From NCBI GenBank assembly GCA_951406725.2, contig OX597824.1, positions 35,526,001 to 35,590,000 of the forward strand: DNA of 64,000 bases, given 5' to 3'. Below the pieces are notes generated by a model. It worked only from the letters and a program-made list of their open reading frames with translations. It was not told the origin of the DNA and searched no databases. The translations under genes and the position numbers were made by a program. Below are positions 12,653 through 26,206 of the stretch, in pieces (position 1 is the first letter of the stretch; each line of letters opens with the position of its first letter). This DNA comes from Octopus vulgaris. Its lineage: Eukaryota.

Positions 12653-13077
12653 TATATATGCATACAGACATACTGACATACACGCACACACACACACGTA
12701 TATATATATGTGTGTGTGGTGTGTGTGCGTGTTTGTGTGTATGTGTGTGTGTGTGTATGTGTTTACAGACACACGTTTCTAAATGTAGGCAGGAATATAT
12801 TTACTCGTACACGCACTTGTGAGTGAGTCTTAGTGCGTAAATACATACAAAAACACGCACATGTACATACATACACGCGCCATCACACACCCGCACACGC
12901 TCACAAACAAACACACACACATACGCACAGTCGCTTCCCCTGCGTCCTCTGCCCACTGAACCTTATCACTCCTGCAATGTTATTCTTGAGTCAACAGCCA
13001 ACTCCAAATTAACTCACTGCTGCGAAGTTAGACGCGCGCGCACACAAACACACACACACACAAACACACACACACAT

Positions 13078-13108
<31 letters not shown>

Positions 13109-13463
13109 AACACACACAGACATGTGTCTCAGAGGCACAAACTCACGCATTATCAACATGTCAGCGAGAATTTGATGACAAACACAGCACTGAACACTTC
13201 TAAACTCGGTTTAACAATTGTTTAAACGTCCGGCAAACATACATACGTACGTACGTACATACATACATAACACATATACATATACAGATATACATACATA
13301 CATGCATACATACATACATATATACATACGTACATACATATACAGATATACATACATACATATATACATACACACATCCATACATAGATATATACATATA
13401 CATGCATACATACATACACACACATATACACATACATGCATAATTGCAAAAATGCACGCAAAG

Positions 13464-13505
<42 letters not shown>

Positions 13506-13934
13506 GCATTCAGACATGCATATATCATACATGCACACGCACACTTACATACATACATACATACATACATGCATGCATACATATATACCTGTTCATACAT
13601 GTATATATACATTCATGCATGTCTAAAGGCATACATACGTATATGTGTGTGTTTGTATGTGTGTGTGTGTGTGCATACATACATACATGCAAACATATAT
13701 TGCACACATAATACAAGCATACATGCATACCTTCAACCACGCGTATAAGCGTACATGTAATTAAAGATCCTCCTTCATGTACATATATACAAGCATACAC
13801 ACACAAGTACGCAACAATTGGTGTTGTTCTTGTTGTTGTGTTGTTATTGTTCAGCTCCCAGTCTCGCCTGATTTGGAACTATAATCGATGCTGTTCTTAG
13901 CTGTGACCATATCATTATTTAATTGTTTATTTAA

Positions 13935-14323
13935 TCTATATATATAAAGCTGAAGTCGTCTGTGTGTGGCAGGTTTGGTAGCCTTCAACTCTCATTACCT
14001 CCCTCGAGACCCTGCGGCGCAAGCTGACCAAAATTGAGAGTATGATAGAAGAAGGCTTGCTCTTCCTTTTATAGAAGAAAAAATTCAAATCAGACCATGT
14101 TAACACCAAAAATTATTTACATCAAAAAGGAGCTTTTTTTCTATGAAAATCCCAATTTTTTACGATTTTTTACTGCTGTGTCGCCATTTTTCCGTGTATT
14201 TCAACCAGAAAAATGTTCGCTTAAAGAGAATAACAAACTACATAATGCAAAGTTTTTACTTTTTAAAAATTCCAATTGTAAAGGGTCGAAACAAACCCGA
14301 GCAACGCCGGGCGATACTGCTAG
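13935..14323 (+). mobile_element. Non-autonomous Helitron
   Basis: 5' end A|TCTATATATATAAAG. 3' hairpin CCCG-AGCAACGC-CGGG followed by CTAG|T. No TSD. Confidence 0.8.
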
Positions 14324-14872
14324 TTTATTGATAATATTTTCTCTGAGACTACGCAATACCATAGCCCCAAATTTATTTGATAATCACAGCTGGAAAGAAC
14401 ATCGTTGATCATCTATCGGTCTGCACGACAGGAACTGACTTGGACCAAGCATACCTTGTGTATATATGTAATTTTGCTCACGATATATACTTTTTTGTGG
14501 TGGCATAAGAGGTCGTATCAAAATGTTGCAGTCGGAAATTACCATACATCACGTGACACCTAGTCAGTCTCGCTTTCTTCAAGGAACTACAACCTTTCAA
14601 CAGACATTTGTGTGCATGCTAGACATGCACACAAACACACATACCTACTCACAACCACACACACACACACGCATATTCTTATTTTTTCACTTGTTTCAGT
14701 CATTTGACTGCAGCCATGGAGGGGCACTGCCTTGAAGAATTTTTAGTCGAATGTGTCGACCGCTAGGTTACGGTTACGTAAACACCAGCACCGGTCGTCA
14801 AGCGGTGGGAGGAGACACACACAGACACAAAGACACTCACACACACACACACACATTTATATATAAATATAT

Positions 14873-15030
14873 AGGAGTGGCTGTGTGGTAATTAGCTTGC
14901 TGACCAACCACATGGTTCTGGGTTCAGTCCCACTGCGTGGCATCTTGGGCAAGTGTCTTCTACTATAGCCTCGGGCCGACCAAAGCCTTGTGAGTGGATT
15001 TGGTAGACGGAAACTGAAAGAAGCCTGTCG

Positions 15031-15061
<31 letters not shown>

Positions 15062-15274
15062 CTGTTTGTGTGTCTGTGTTTGTCCCCCTAGCATTGCTTG
15101 ACAACCGATGCTGGTGTGTTTACGTCCCCGTAACTTAGCGGTTCGGCAAAAGAGACCGATAGAATAAGTATTGGGTTTACAAAGAATAAGTCCCGGGGTC
15201 GATTTGCTCGACTAAAGGCGGTACTCCAGCATGGCCGCAGTCAAATGACTGAAACAAGTAAAAGAGTAAAAGAG
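14873..15274 (+). mobile_element. SINE family S1
   Basis: Full-length copy homologous to 8035-8443. Confidence 0.92.
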
Positions 15275-15659
15275 TATATATATATATATATATATATATA
15301 TTTACTACAATGAGCTTCTTTCAGTTTTTGTCTACCAAATCCTCTCACAAGGCTTTGGTCGGTCCGATGCTGTAGTAGAAGACAGTTGCCCAAGGTGCCA
15401 CGTAGTAGGACTGAACTCGGACAATCTGGTTGGGAAGCAAGCTTCTTTCCTCACAGATATAAAACCATAAAGTCAGGAGGTATGAAACGTGAATATATAT
15501 ATTTTTTAAAATCTGACTTCTACAGAATTACAGATTGCATGTTTGTATGTATATATGCATTCATGTATGTATGTCTACATGTATGCATGCATGTATGTAC
15601 GTCTACATAAAAATGAATTTAAAAAATCTAAATTATTATCATATTCAGGTATGTATGTA

Positions 15660-15716
<57 letters not shown>

Positions 15717-15933
15717 TTACTCTTTACTCTTTTACTTGTTTCAGTCATTTGACTGTGGCCATGCTGGAGCACCACCTTTAATCGAGTAAATCGACCCCAG
15801 AACTTATTCTTTGTAAGCCTAGTACTTATTCTATCAGACTCTTTAGCCAAACCACTAGGTTACGGGGACGTAAACACACCACCATCGGTTGTCAAGCGAT
15901 GTTGGGGGGACAAACACAGACACACAAACATAT

Positions 15934-15966
<33 letters not shown>

Positions 15967-16135
15967 AATGTGTGTGTGTGTGTGTGTATACATATATACG
16001 ACGAGCTTCTTTCAGTTTCCGTCTATAAATCCACTCACAAGGCTTTAGTCGGCCCGAGGCTATAGTAGAAGACACTTGCCCAAGGTGCCACGCAGTGGGA
16101 CTGAACTCAGAAACATGTGGTTCGTAAGCAAGCTA
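15717..16135 (-). mobile_element. SINE family S1 (additional minus-strand fragments at 14680-14850 and 15310-15455)
   Basis: Reverse complement of the S1 consensus. Confidence 0.9.
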
Positions 16136-16145
16136 TATATATATA

Positions 16146-16588
16146 TTGGGTTGGTAAAAAAGTTCGTAGCGTTTTTCAGTTTGTGACGTTTAATCATGTG
16201 ATCTGTTTTATCACGTAACAGGAACATATGACATATATATTTTCTGAAAGAGGAGATCTCGGCGTATTTTTCTATTTGAATTTTCTGTGGATTATTTACT
16301 TTGGTTGCTCTTACTATAAAATTGAAAATGGCGGAAAAGGAAATGCATATCCGTCATTTAATGTACTTTCATTTCCGGAAAGGTAAAACCGCTACACAAA
16401 CAACGAAGAAGATATGTGCTGTTTATGGAGATGGTACCATAGCTGAAAGTACTGTTCGTAAATGGTTCGCTAGGTTTAGAACCAAAAATTTTGACTTGGA
16501 ATTTCGTGAACGTTCCGGCGGGCCAACAGTTGCTGATAATGAACAAATCGGGGCTTTAATAAAAAAAATAATAATCCCGGAAAAATAG
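16146..16588 (+). mobile_element. Mariner transposon 5' remnant: TIR plus the N-terminal HTH of a Mos1/SETMAR-type transposase (from 16328)
   Basis: TA|TTGGGTTGGTAAAAAAGTTCGTAGCG terminus. MAEKEMHIRHLMYFHFRKGKTATQTTKKICAVYGDGTIAESTVRKWFARFR...RSGGP matches the mariner HTH pattern. Truncated. Confidence 0.9.
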
Positions 16589-16640
16589 AACTCAAAATAT
16601 GAGTATATGTATATTTTTTTATTAATATTTAGCAGAATTA

Positions 16641-16718
16641 ACAGAGTGACTCGAAGTCCGAGAGTTTCATGTGTTGGCACATATCAACGCACGAAACTCT
16701 CGGACCATAAGTCACTGT
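16641..16718. repeat. Short inverted repeat carrying a GAAACTC...GAGTC hammerhead-like 3' half
   Basis: GTCCGAGAGTTTC versus GAAACTCTCGGAC. A related motif lies at 32436-32470. Confidence 0.7.
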
Positions 16719-16838
16719 TGCAAAGTTTGCAGTGTGCATTAGTTGATGCAGAAACATGTGTAGGTACGTAAATGAAAAGAAGTGATCATCTGCTGAATAA
16801 AACTGGATAAAATCTATATTTTCCTTTATTATAAATTC

Positions 16839-16903
<65 letters not shown>

Positions 16904-17519
16904 GAAACGCGAAGTAGACGAAACAGGGACAGCTGAAGAAAGGGAATATTCCTTGTGTTGTGTGTCTTGTACTCTGTTTCTTCGTTGTTTGAAAAAAGTT
17001 CGTTTCCATGTTTTTGTTTTTATGCTTACCTTTCTCATTGTGTTCAACGGTTTTTTTTTATGTCCTGTAATCATATATGCATGTATATATACATATAGAT
17101 GCAGGTATGTACATATATGTATGTATTTATGCATATATTTATATATTATTTATATTATATATATATGTATATATATATATATACACACACACAATGCTGC
17201 TTTTGACTATAGATAATGCTTTTGTCAATAATGTCTCAGTCCACCTTTTTAAACATGTAAAATGACGGTAAAGTTGGCTTCCATGTCGAGTACGGTGGTT
17301 ATATTGCCTAACTGACGAGTTTTTTAGTCTGCCTTTTTTTTATTTTTTATTTTTTTTACTTATTATTAACTTCCAACACAACACAACACTAATCTCAAAT
17401 CTGGCCCTGGAGAAAGGCCAATATAGTAAGTAATTTCTATATCCAGGAAGGAAGATGTCATCTTGCCGCTTTTAACTTTTGGGATAACTTCCAGCACGGA
17501 TTATCATCACAACCACCAC

Positions 17520-17690
17520 CATCATCATCATCGTTACAACTAGCATCATTTAATGTCTGTTTTCTATGTTGGCATCGGTGGGATGGTTTGACAGGATCTG
17601 GTGAGCTGCAGGGCTGTGTCGAGCTCTAATGTCAGCTTTGGTGAGATTTTTACAGCTGGATGGTTTTCCTAACGTCAACCACTTAAGAGT
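17520..17690 (-). mobile_element. Degenerate retroposon 3' fragment with a (GAT)n tail (RTE-type tail; matching short piece at 34015-34062 +)
   Basis: CATCATTTAATGTCTGTTTTCTATGTTGGCAT resembles the reverse complement of ATGCTAGCATGGAAAGCGGACGTTAAACGATGATG at 34.0 kb. Confidence 0.5.
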
Positions 17691-17724
17691 GCTTTTTTCG
17701 TCACTAGTGAGGCTGCCAAGTAAC

Positions 17725-18041
17725 TTGTAAGACAGGAAAAGAGACGGAGAAAGGACAAAACTCCCACTTTTAAGTGTGGGGGTGGGATTTAAGAGTAGTA
17801 GGAAATTTATGCCATATATTGAGGGGCTAAAGTACGATGAAAGGCCAAGACCAAGGACCTTGTTACAGACGAGATACTTGGTTTTGTAAGACAGGAAAAG
17901 AGACGGAGAAAGGACAAAACTCCCACTTTTAAGTGTGGGGTGGGATTTAAGAGTAGTAGGAAATTTATGCCATATATTGAGGGGCTAAAGTACGATGAAA
18001 GGCCAAGATCAAGGACCTTGTTACAGACGAGATACTTGGTT
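17725..18041. repeat. Recent direct tandem duplication, ~159-bp unit x2
   Basis: TTGTAAGACAGGAAAAGAGACGG...GAGATACTTGGTT at 17725 and 17884, nearly identical. Confidence 0.95.
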
Positions 18042-18900
18042 ACCCAAGGTGGGTGGAAGTAGTCGGGAGGAAGAAATTAAATACCGAGATGTCCTGTGGA
18101 TTTTACATAAAATACTTTATTCTACACCGTCTTTGTTTCCTTGACTGTACCGAATAGTTTATACAATTGAAGAATGTTACCTATGATAGACTATCCAAGG
18201 CAAGGTTTATATCTCATTCGTACTCAACATTTTTATGGCTTTTAAAAGACATTCACTTCTCGTTTCCTATAGAGAAAGAAACCTCAAGAAGCGGTGAATG
18301 TAAACAACAATCTGGTGAAAGAACCTGTTGAAATTAGGTTCAACCAACAGTCGGCCATCTCCCAGCAACCCCCCCCCCCCCCACACACATACATGCCAGG
18401 CCATCAATACATCAGACATTCCCCGCTGGTTGAATCACGAGAAATGAATGAATGACCTATATTCTACCGATGAGTAACACTTTTGTATGACTTCAGAGGA
18501 GACAAAGAACTACATACCATTCCTCACCTGTTGCAAGTCAACTTGTCCTTTGGGAGAATATATTTCTATATATCACATTGTTTGTGACTTTCAGCGATGG
18601 CTTTTGTCGTCAGCTTATGACAAACACACCCAAATAAATACCAACCAAATAATTTTGTGCATAACGTCTACTTGGTGGGACGATTTCAACAGACTTAGAT
18701 CTCTTTAAGAAATAAACCCCAGACCGAAGTTCTTATTTGTAAGGGAATATACTAAAAGAGAATATCCATTCTGACCGATTCCAGCTCTTCTGATTCTTTA
18801 AGTAATTTTTTACATGTATTTTTGAGGTAAGATTTTAAGCGATCTTTGTAACGATTCTTGCTTGAAAATGTTGCTTTTGCTCGAGTATCTTTAAAATCTC

Positions 18901-19053
18901 CAGGCGTGGGTATGTGGTAAAAAGCTTGCTTCCCGTCCACATAGTTCCGAGTTCAGTTCCACTGCGTGTCACCTTCAGCAAGTGTCTTCTACTCTATCCT
19001 GTGTGTGGATTTGGTAGACGGAAATGGAAAGAAGCCTGTCGTATTTGTGTGTA

Positions 19054-19131
<78 letters not shown>

Positions 19132-19285
19132 TGTGTGTGTGTATGTGTGTTTGTTTGTGTGCTTGTATATATGTGTGTGTGTCTGTGTTTGTCCCCATCA
19201 CTGCTTAACAACCGGTGCTGATGTGTTTACGCCCCCGTAACTTAGCAGTTCGGCAAAAGCGTCTGACAGAATAAGTACAAGGTTC
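18901..19285 (+). mobile_element. SINE family S1 (diverged)
   Basis: Homology to S1 with an internal (TG)n(AG)n tract. Confidence 0.85.
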
Positions 19286-19384
19286 AAAAGCTTCAAATTA
19301 TTGGGATGTAGCATTACGTTCAAGGTAACCGCTTTGCCAAAAAACCCCAATACTTGACAATCCAGATATTTATATCTCTTACCT

Positions 19385-19570
19385 TTTTTTGTTTCAGTTA
19401 TTAGACTGCAACCATGCTGGGGCACGAACAAATAGACCCCAGTACTTTATTTATTTGTAAAACCTGGTACTTATTTTATCGGTCTCTTTTGCCAAACCTC
19501 TAAGTTACTTGGGCGTAATCACATCAACGCCGGTTGCGAAGCGGTGGTGGGAGACAAACACACACACACA

Positions 19571-19636
<66 letters not shown>

Positions 19637-19815
19637 TACACACACACACACATATATATATATGATGGGCTTCTCTCAGTTTCAGTCGACCAAATCCACT
19701 CACAGGGCTTTGGTCGGCCCATGGCTATAGTAAAAAACACTCGCCCAATATGCCACGTAGTGGGACTGAACCCGGAACCACGTAGCTGGAAAGTAAACTT
19801 CATACCGCACAGTCT
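19385..19815 (-). mobile_element. SINE family S1 (diverged)
   Basis: Reverse-complement homology to S1. Confidence 0.85.
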
Positions 19816-19822
19816 GCGTATA

Positions 19823-19854
<32 letters not shown>

Positions 19855-21814
19855 CTGCCTGATCAGAAATGGATGGGCGTTCCAAGCTGAAATGCCTTTG
19901 ATCGTTCTTATACTCGATGATAACTTATCTCGGGTTGTACAACGTAACAAGTGCCCGAGTGCATAAATGATTTTAAATCCAGTATATATACATTCATATA
20001 CATATGCATACTCATGCATACTCATACATACAATCATACACGTATACATACACAAAAAACAAGCACACTGTCTGTACACACCTACATTCATACATAGACA
20101 CATAGGACGTTTCACCACAGAGAATGTTGGCGGAACATTCCCTTTAAAAGTTCTGCCAACCAAGTACAAACCTAACACACCTGGTATCATTCCAAGACAT
20201 TTCTGAAATAACTCTTCTCAAATAATTCTTCCCTGTTATTGTAATGTAAATTTTAATGATGGCATTTGGTTTCATTTTTCTCTTTGCTTTGAGGTATATA
20301 TAATTGATTGAAGCCATCCCCTCGTAAATTGATTGAAACTACCTCCTCATAAACTGATCGATCCCGTAAGATAAAATTCATAATCGAACCGACAGTGTTC
20401 GAACTTAGGACCTATTGAATGAGACTAAATTCCGTAAAGCACTTAGTAGGATGCTCTGCTGTTTTTGTTTATTTATCAGCCGTCAGTCAACACTAAAGAC
20501 TCATGCTCACTCTACTACAACTCATCACCATAACTGTTTACTTTCTGTTTACCTTCAGTCAACGATATCAACTCGTGCGAGCCACTATATCAGCTCATCA
20601 CATTTACTTCTAAAAAGCTTTCTCACATCAACTATCACTGTAAATTCTTATGTTGTTACTGTCTAGCTTTCGATTAGCCCCATCTGATCAAGTAGACCTA
20701 TGATTACAGGCATTCCAGCCTGATCACACAAACACACACGCACACGCACGCGCGCACATATATTCCACAGGACCCCTTTTTCTCTGTTGATTTTTTTACC
20801 AATAAACTTAAAAAGTATTCATTGAGCTGTGAAGGGTTCAGATGTGTAAACAATAGACTGGTCGTGAAATGAGTGTGCAAACTTATTTCGACTTAAGTCT
20901 AGAGTTAATTCGCTTCAGTTAATTCATTACCATATTTATGTTGAAACACGCTGCCTTTGCATCATTTTATTTCGAAAACAATGAAGAATTTCAGTCAGAG
21001 ATCTGTTTGCAGATCTTCCCATTCGGGATCTGTCCTTATTAAGCTGATGTTTGGGACATAAATTAGCATGAAATGTTTTTATTTGGATCACTTTAAAACA
21101 GAAAGTTTGTATCCTAGAACTAAGGGACAGTCTTATGCGAATTTCTATCAGAAGAATTAAATATACCTGAGAAAGGCATGCATACCAATCTCCCTAAGAA
21201 GCTGTAACCCTGTACCTAAGTTAGAAATCAATAAATTTACTAAGGAGCAAATGTTGTGTGAGTGAGAAATTGAACATCTCTATCGTTCAAATACAACACA
21301 ATTTTTTGTTGTGTTTTTGTTGTGTTTTAGTAATATTCTACGTTCCTTGTTTCATTTTGTTGGGAACTGAACAGGTAACAGAATAGGTAGCAAAACAGGA
21401 TACAGAACAGCATAAAATTTCTGAGTCGTCGAATTGACGAATAGAGATTGATTTATTGTCTAGACAATAAATCCCAAAATACTCAATATGAAAGACCATC
21501 TGGTCACAGTAAGTTGCTGCAGTAAACTTCAGTCCACTCAGGTTATGTTAGTACATGTTCAGATATTCAGATACAGCTATATCACCCCAGAATATTCTAT
21601 GAACGACATTTTAAGAACCTCGTCCGTCTCACTCTTTCTCCGAACATACTCAAGAATCGTTTAGTGAGAAAAATAACAACGATACCATTAATCTTATTGT
21701 TCCGAAACAAGTTACTCTGTTATATACATCGACAAGTAAAGAAATAAATACAGCGATCCGACGATCTAGTCCACCTTGCCCTGATCCACTGCCACTATCA
21801 TCACAATCTATTGG

Positions 21815-23350
21815 CAACTATAGTATCTCGCTTAAACGCTGTACTTGCTTTTAATAGTAGTCAAATTATTTTAAAACGGTCATGTTCGACAATGTAGTTG
21901 TAAATATACAAAATAGATGAAATGGTCACGACTGGAACGCTTTGATCATATGTCTACTCCGAACTTACTTGGGACTAAAGTACGAAAATAACTGGCGTAA
22001 AGGAGATGGAGGAAGGAACATATTTAGAAAATAAAGATGCGGAACGTAACGTGTCCTGTCTTTTGCACCAAAATCGGAATTCACAATATGAAGTTTTGGT
22101 CATCCAGAATCGTGGTATTTCGAGAGCACTGGATAAGCTTGCCCAGTTATTCTTGCACCGCATTAAGACCGGTCTTAAGTTTTCTCGATTACGCTAGTAT
22201 AGTGTAGTCGTAAGGTCTCTACAACAGTAATACAACTAATAATTATAAAGCAGATTCGATAGAAGTGTCAGTGTCTTCAAAACAGAGAAATAAAAAGAAA
22301 GAACTTAAGAATTAAGTAAAGACCAAAAAAGAAATCAAATCAATCGACTATTCAATTGATTGATTACATAAAAGGTTCATTAATTACTTATTTCTTTATT
22401 ACCCACAAGGTAAAGTCGACCTTCGGTGGAATTTGAACTCAGAACTTAACGGCAGCCGAAATACCTATTTCTTTATTACCCACAAGGGGCTAAATATAGA
22501 GGGGACAAACAAGGACAGACAAAGGGATTAAGTCGATTAAATCGACTCCAGTGCGTAACTGGTACTTAATTTATCGACCTCAAAAGGATGAAAGGCAAAA
22601 TCGACCTCGGCGGAATTTGAACTCAGAACGTAGCCGAAATACCGCTAAGCATTTTGCCCGGTGTGCTAACGATTCAGTTAGCTCGCCGCCTAAGGTTGGT
22701 TTATTACTGACTGTGACAAAGGGAACAAATTCTGCGCGAATTTAAAAATCTGAAATAAAAGTAATCAAGATGACAAAAACTTCTAAGTGTTTCGATTATG
22801 ACGAGGGTTCGAGTTGATCTGATAATCGATACAACCTGCGCTGAGTACTCCACAGATACGCGTGCCCTTAACGTAATCCTCAGAGAGATTCAGCGTGATG
22901 CAGAATGTTATTGTATACTGTTGTAGAGACCTTACGACTACACTATACTAGCGTAATCGAGAAAACGTAAGACCGGTCATAATGCGGTGCAAGAATAACT
23001 GGGCAAGCTTATCCAGTGCTCTCGAAATACCACGATTCTGGATGACCAAAACTTCATATTGTGAATTTCGATTCTGGTGCAAAGGACAGGACACGTTACG
23101 TTCTGCATCTTTATTTTCTAAATATGTTCCTTCCTCCATCTCTTTTATGCCAGTTATTTTCGTACTTTAGTCCCAAGTAAGTTCGGAGTAGACATATGAT
23201 CAAAGCGTTCCAGTCGTGACCATTTCATCTATTTTGTATATTTACAATTACATTGTCGAACATGACCTTTTTCAAGACGGCAGATGTGATTTAAAATAAT
23301 TTGGCTACTATTTAAAGCATGTACAGCGTTTAAGCGAGACACTATAGTTG
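21815..23350. repeat. Long inverted duplication: arms 21815-22235 and 22911-23350, ~680-bp spacer
   Basis: Mirror ORFs MEEGTYLENKDAERNVSC... on both strands. The arms differ by scattered substitutions and a ~20-bp indel. Confidence 0.95.
22385..22693 (-). mobile_element. SINE family S2
   Basis: Reverse-complement homology to 46185-46606. Confidence 0.88.
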
Positions 23351-23374
23351 ACTTTTTGAATTACGGGTACTACG

Positions 23375-23496
23375 CATTTTTACCAGCTGAGTGGACTGGA
23401 GAAACGTGAACAAGGACACAAAGCGCCGCCGGGAATCGAACTCACGTCCTTATCATCGTAAGCTGAATTCCCTAACCACTCAGTTATGCGCCTTCA
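23375..23496 (-). mobile_element. tRNA-derived SINE head (family S4)
   Basis: Reverse strand GAGTGGTTAGGG...GAGTTCGATTCCCGG...CCAGTCCACTCAGCTG. Related to 63613-63941. Confidence 0.7.
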
Positions 23497-23664
23497 CTCA
23501 TAGCGACAGCATATTAGTGAGCAGCATCCCGCGAAATAATGAGAGAGATAGTTTATATCTTTGAACCGCTACGACATGCCAACAACCTGAAGCAGTTGCA
23601 GAATGCAATAATAATAATAACTAGGCCACATGCTTTCATAGTTTTCTACAAATAGTTTGGTATC

Positions 23665-23875
23665 TTTACTTGTTTCAGTCATTGGACTGTGACCATACTG
23701 GGACACTACTTTAAAGGGTTTCATCACACAAATCAACCCGGTACTTATGTTTCAAGTTGGGTACTTATTCAAATGAACCTTCTCTGTCGAACTGCTAAGT
23801 TACAGGGACATAAACAAAGCTAACACAAAGTTGTCCAAGTGGTGGTGGAAGGACAAACACACACACACACACACA

Positions 23876-23931
<56 letters not shown>

Positions 23932-24080
23932 ACGGGCTTCTTTCAGTTGCCATCTACCAAATATACTCAAAGATTTTAGTTGGTTTGGGGCTAGAGTAAA
24001 AGACACTTGCCCAAGGTGTCATTCAGTGGGACTGAACCTAAGACCATATGGTTCTGAAGCAAGCTTCTCAACCACACAAC
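23665..24080 (-). mobile_element. SINE family S1 (diverged)
   Basis: Reverse-complement homology to S1. Confidence 0.8.
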
Positions 24081-25042
24081 CAAAAGTAAAAACTAATTAT
24101 CCCCAAGATGTAAAAACTAATTATCCCCAAGATGTTTGCAATTAATGAAGTTAATTTATATTACAGATTATTATTATATATGAATGATAATAATAATTTC
24201 TTATTTAGGTAGTGGGCCAGACATTTTTGACGTTGGCAAAGGGAGAACAGTCGATTTGATCAACCTCAGTATTTGACTGGTATCTCACATTCTAGAAAAT
24301 TTTACCATAGCCTTGGGAAGAAGACACAAGCTTTGTGAATGGAATTGAATTAGATTAACGAAAACTGTATAGAAGATTGTCGGGTGGACTGTGCGTATAA
24401 TTTAAAGGTCCAAGCTTGACACATTGTTCTGCCTGAAATTACGTGTTTGTGGCATACGTAATACTTAAACAGAAATTCAATGTGCTGGTAATAACGCTGT
24501 TAGAACGATTAGGATACTCATCGTTAAAATCGACGGAGATCCGTGTATAATAAAGTGTACGCTATAAAAATACATATTTCTCATAATACACAAAAGTAAG
24601 TTTGTCTCTATAATGTATAAAGTATGGAACGAAAACTGGAGAACAACAGAACAATGGTATTCTTAACTTCTATTCTGCCTCCGTCCCATACACACATTGT
24701 ATATGTTTTATTATAGACACACTTTACTGTGGGTATATTTTTCATACAAAGACGAGATGCTGTAATAAAGGAAGCAAACAAGTTTTAGCATTTCGCTTTT
24801 GAAGTTCCGCGACCCTAAATAGTCATTATGCTACTTGAGAAACTATTGGTAGAAACAGAACCGACGTTAAAGGTTGTGGGAGGCGGGGGGGGGGTCTCAA
24901 AAGAAATAATGTTGGTTGGGCAGACAACCCATTCTTGTAAAGGACACTCACTTTAGATGCGTTAAACCTCAGCGTCATTAGTGTATAGATAACGATAATA
25001 GAGGGTTCTAACAGACATATAAATAGGTAGAGAGAAGTAGGT

Positions 25043-25091
<49 letters not shown>

Positions 25092-25096
25092 TGTAA

Positions 25097-25135
<39 letters not shown>

Positions 25136-25297
25136 TGTAAATAGATAGATAGATAAAGCAGAGACAGAAAATTGTAGGGGGAGGGGATAGCGGATATGAT
25201 TCAAACGACCTCAATACTTAACTGGTATCTGTTTCATATTATGGCCCCTGAAAGATTGGAAATCGAAAGTTGATCTTTATATGTATATATATATATA

Positions 25298-25500
25298 GAA
25301 CGCCATGATGGACCGTTTGCTCCTACACGCATTTTTTTCTCTCCTTGTTTCTTTTCTGTGTATCTTTCTCTCGAAGAGCGTAGGCTCGAAACGTAAAAGA
25401 CTTGTTCTATTTCTATTCCTGAGCGCCATACTAATACATTTATTTGTTTGTACTCCACCTGCCTTCGTCTTTTGTTTATTTTCGTAAACCTTCCCGTTAT
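25298..25500 (+). mobile_element. Family A TA-embedded element, hammerhead-like motif at 25363-25400
   Basis: TCTTT-CTCTCGA-A-GAGC-GTAG-GCTC-GAAA-CG-TA-AAAGA, with (TA)n on both sides. Confidence 0.7.
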
Positions 25501-25823
25501 ATATATATATATATATGTATATCCGGTGTAGGGTGTTAATATCCCCATGATTTAGTGGTTCGGCCTAAATTGACCGATAGAATATGCACTAGGCTTTAAA
25601 AAAAATTAAATATACCGCACATGTACACACGCTGATTCAATCGACTCAAAATTGTTAAAGGCGGTGTCCCAGCATGACCGCAGTCTAATGACTGAATCAA
25701 GTAACAATTCAAAGATAAAACATGAAGTACCGGAGCAAATTTTGCAAGGCATCTCGCCCTAGGTTGTAGCCATTTTGCCAACCCTTTGTTGTGGGTGGTC
25801 TCGATTACAATATATATATATAT

Positions 25824-26098
25824 TCTTTTACTTGTTCCAGTCATTTAACTGCGGCCATGCTGGAGCACCGCCTTTAGCCGAGCAAATCGACCCCAGGACT
25901 TATTCTTTGTAAGCCTAGTACTTATTCTATCGGTCTCTTTCACCGTAACGCTAAGTTACGAGGAACTAAACACACCAGCATCGGTTGTCAAGCGATGGTG
26001 GGGGAACAAACATACACACACAAACACACATATCCATATATTTATATATACGACAGGGTTCTTTCAGTTTCCGTCGACCAAATCCACTCACAAGACTT
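25824..26098 (-). mobile_element. SINE family S1, broken by a rearrangement (head fragment at ~26170-26207)
   Basis: S1 homology stops at CCACTCACAAG and resumes as GCTTACCAACCACATGGTTC. Confidence 0.85.
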
Positions 26099-26206
26099 GA
26101 TATGAAAATTCTCCCAAACAAGTCAGAGATCTGTTTGCAGATCTTCCCATTCGGGATCAGTTGCTTAAAAGCTATATAACTTGCTTACCAACCACATGGT
26201 TCTTGG

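Noticed and set aside
21975-23170. Mirror-image 62-63 aa ORFs as a gene pair
   Set aside because: A by-product of the inverted duplication, with no recognisable domain or splice signals.
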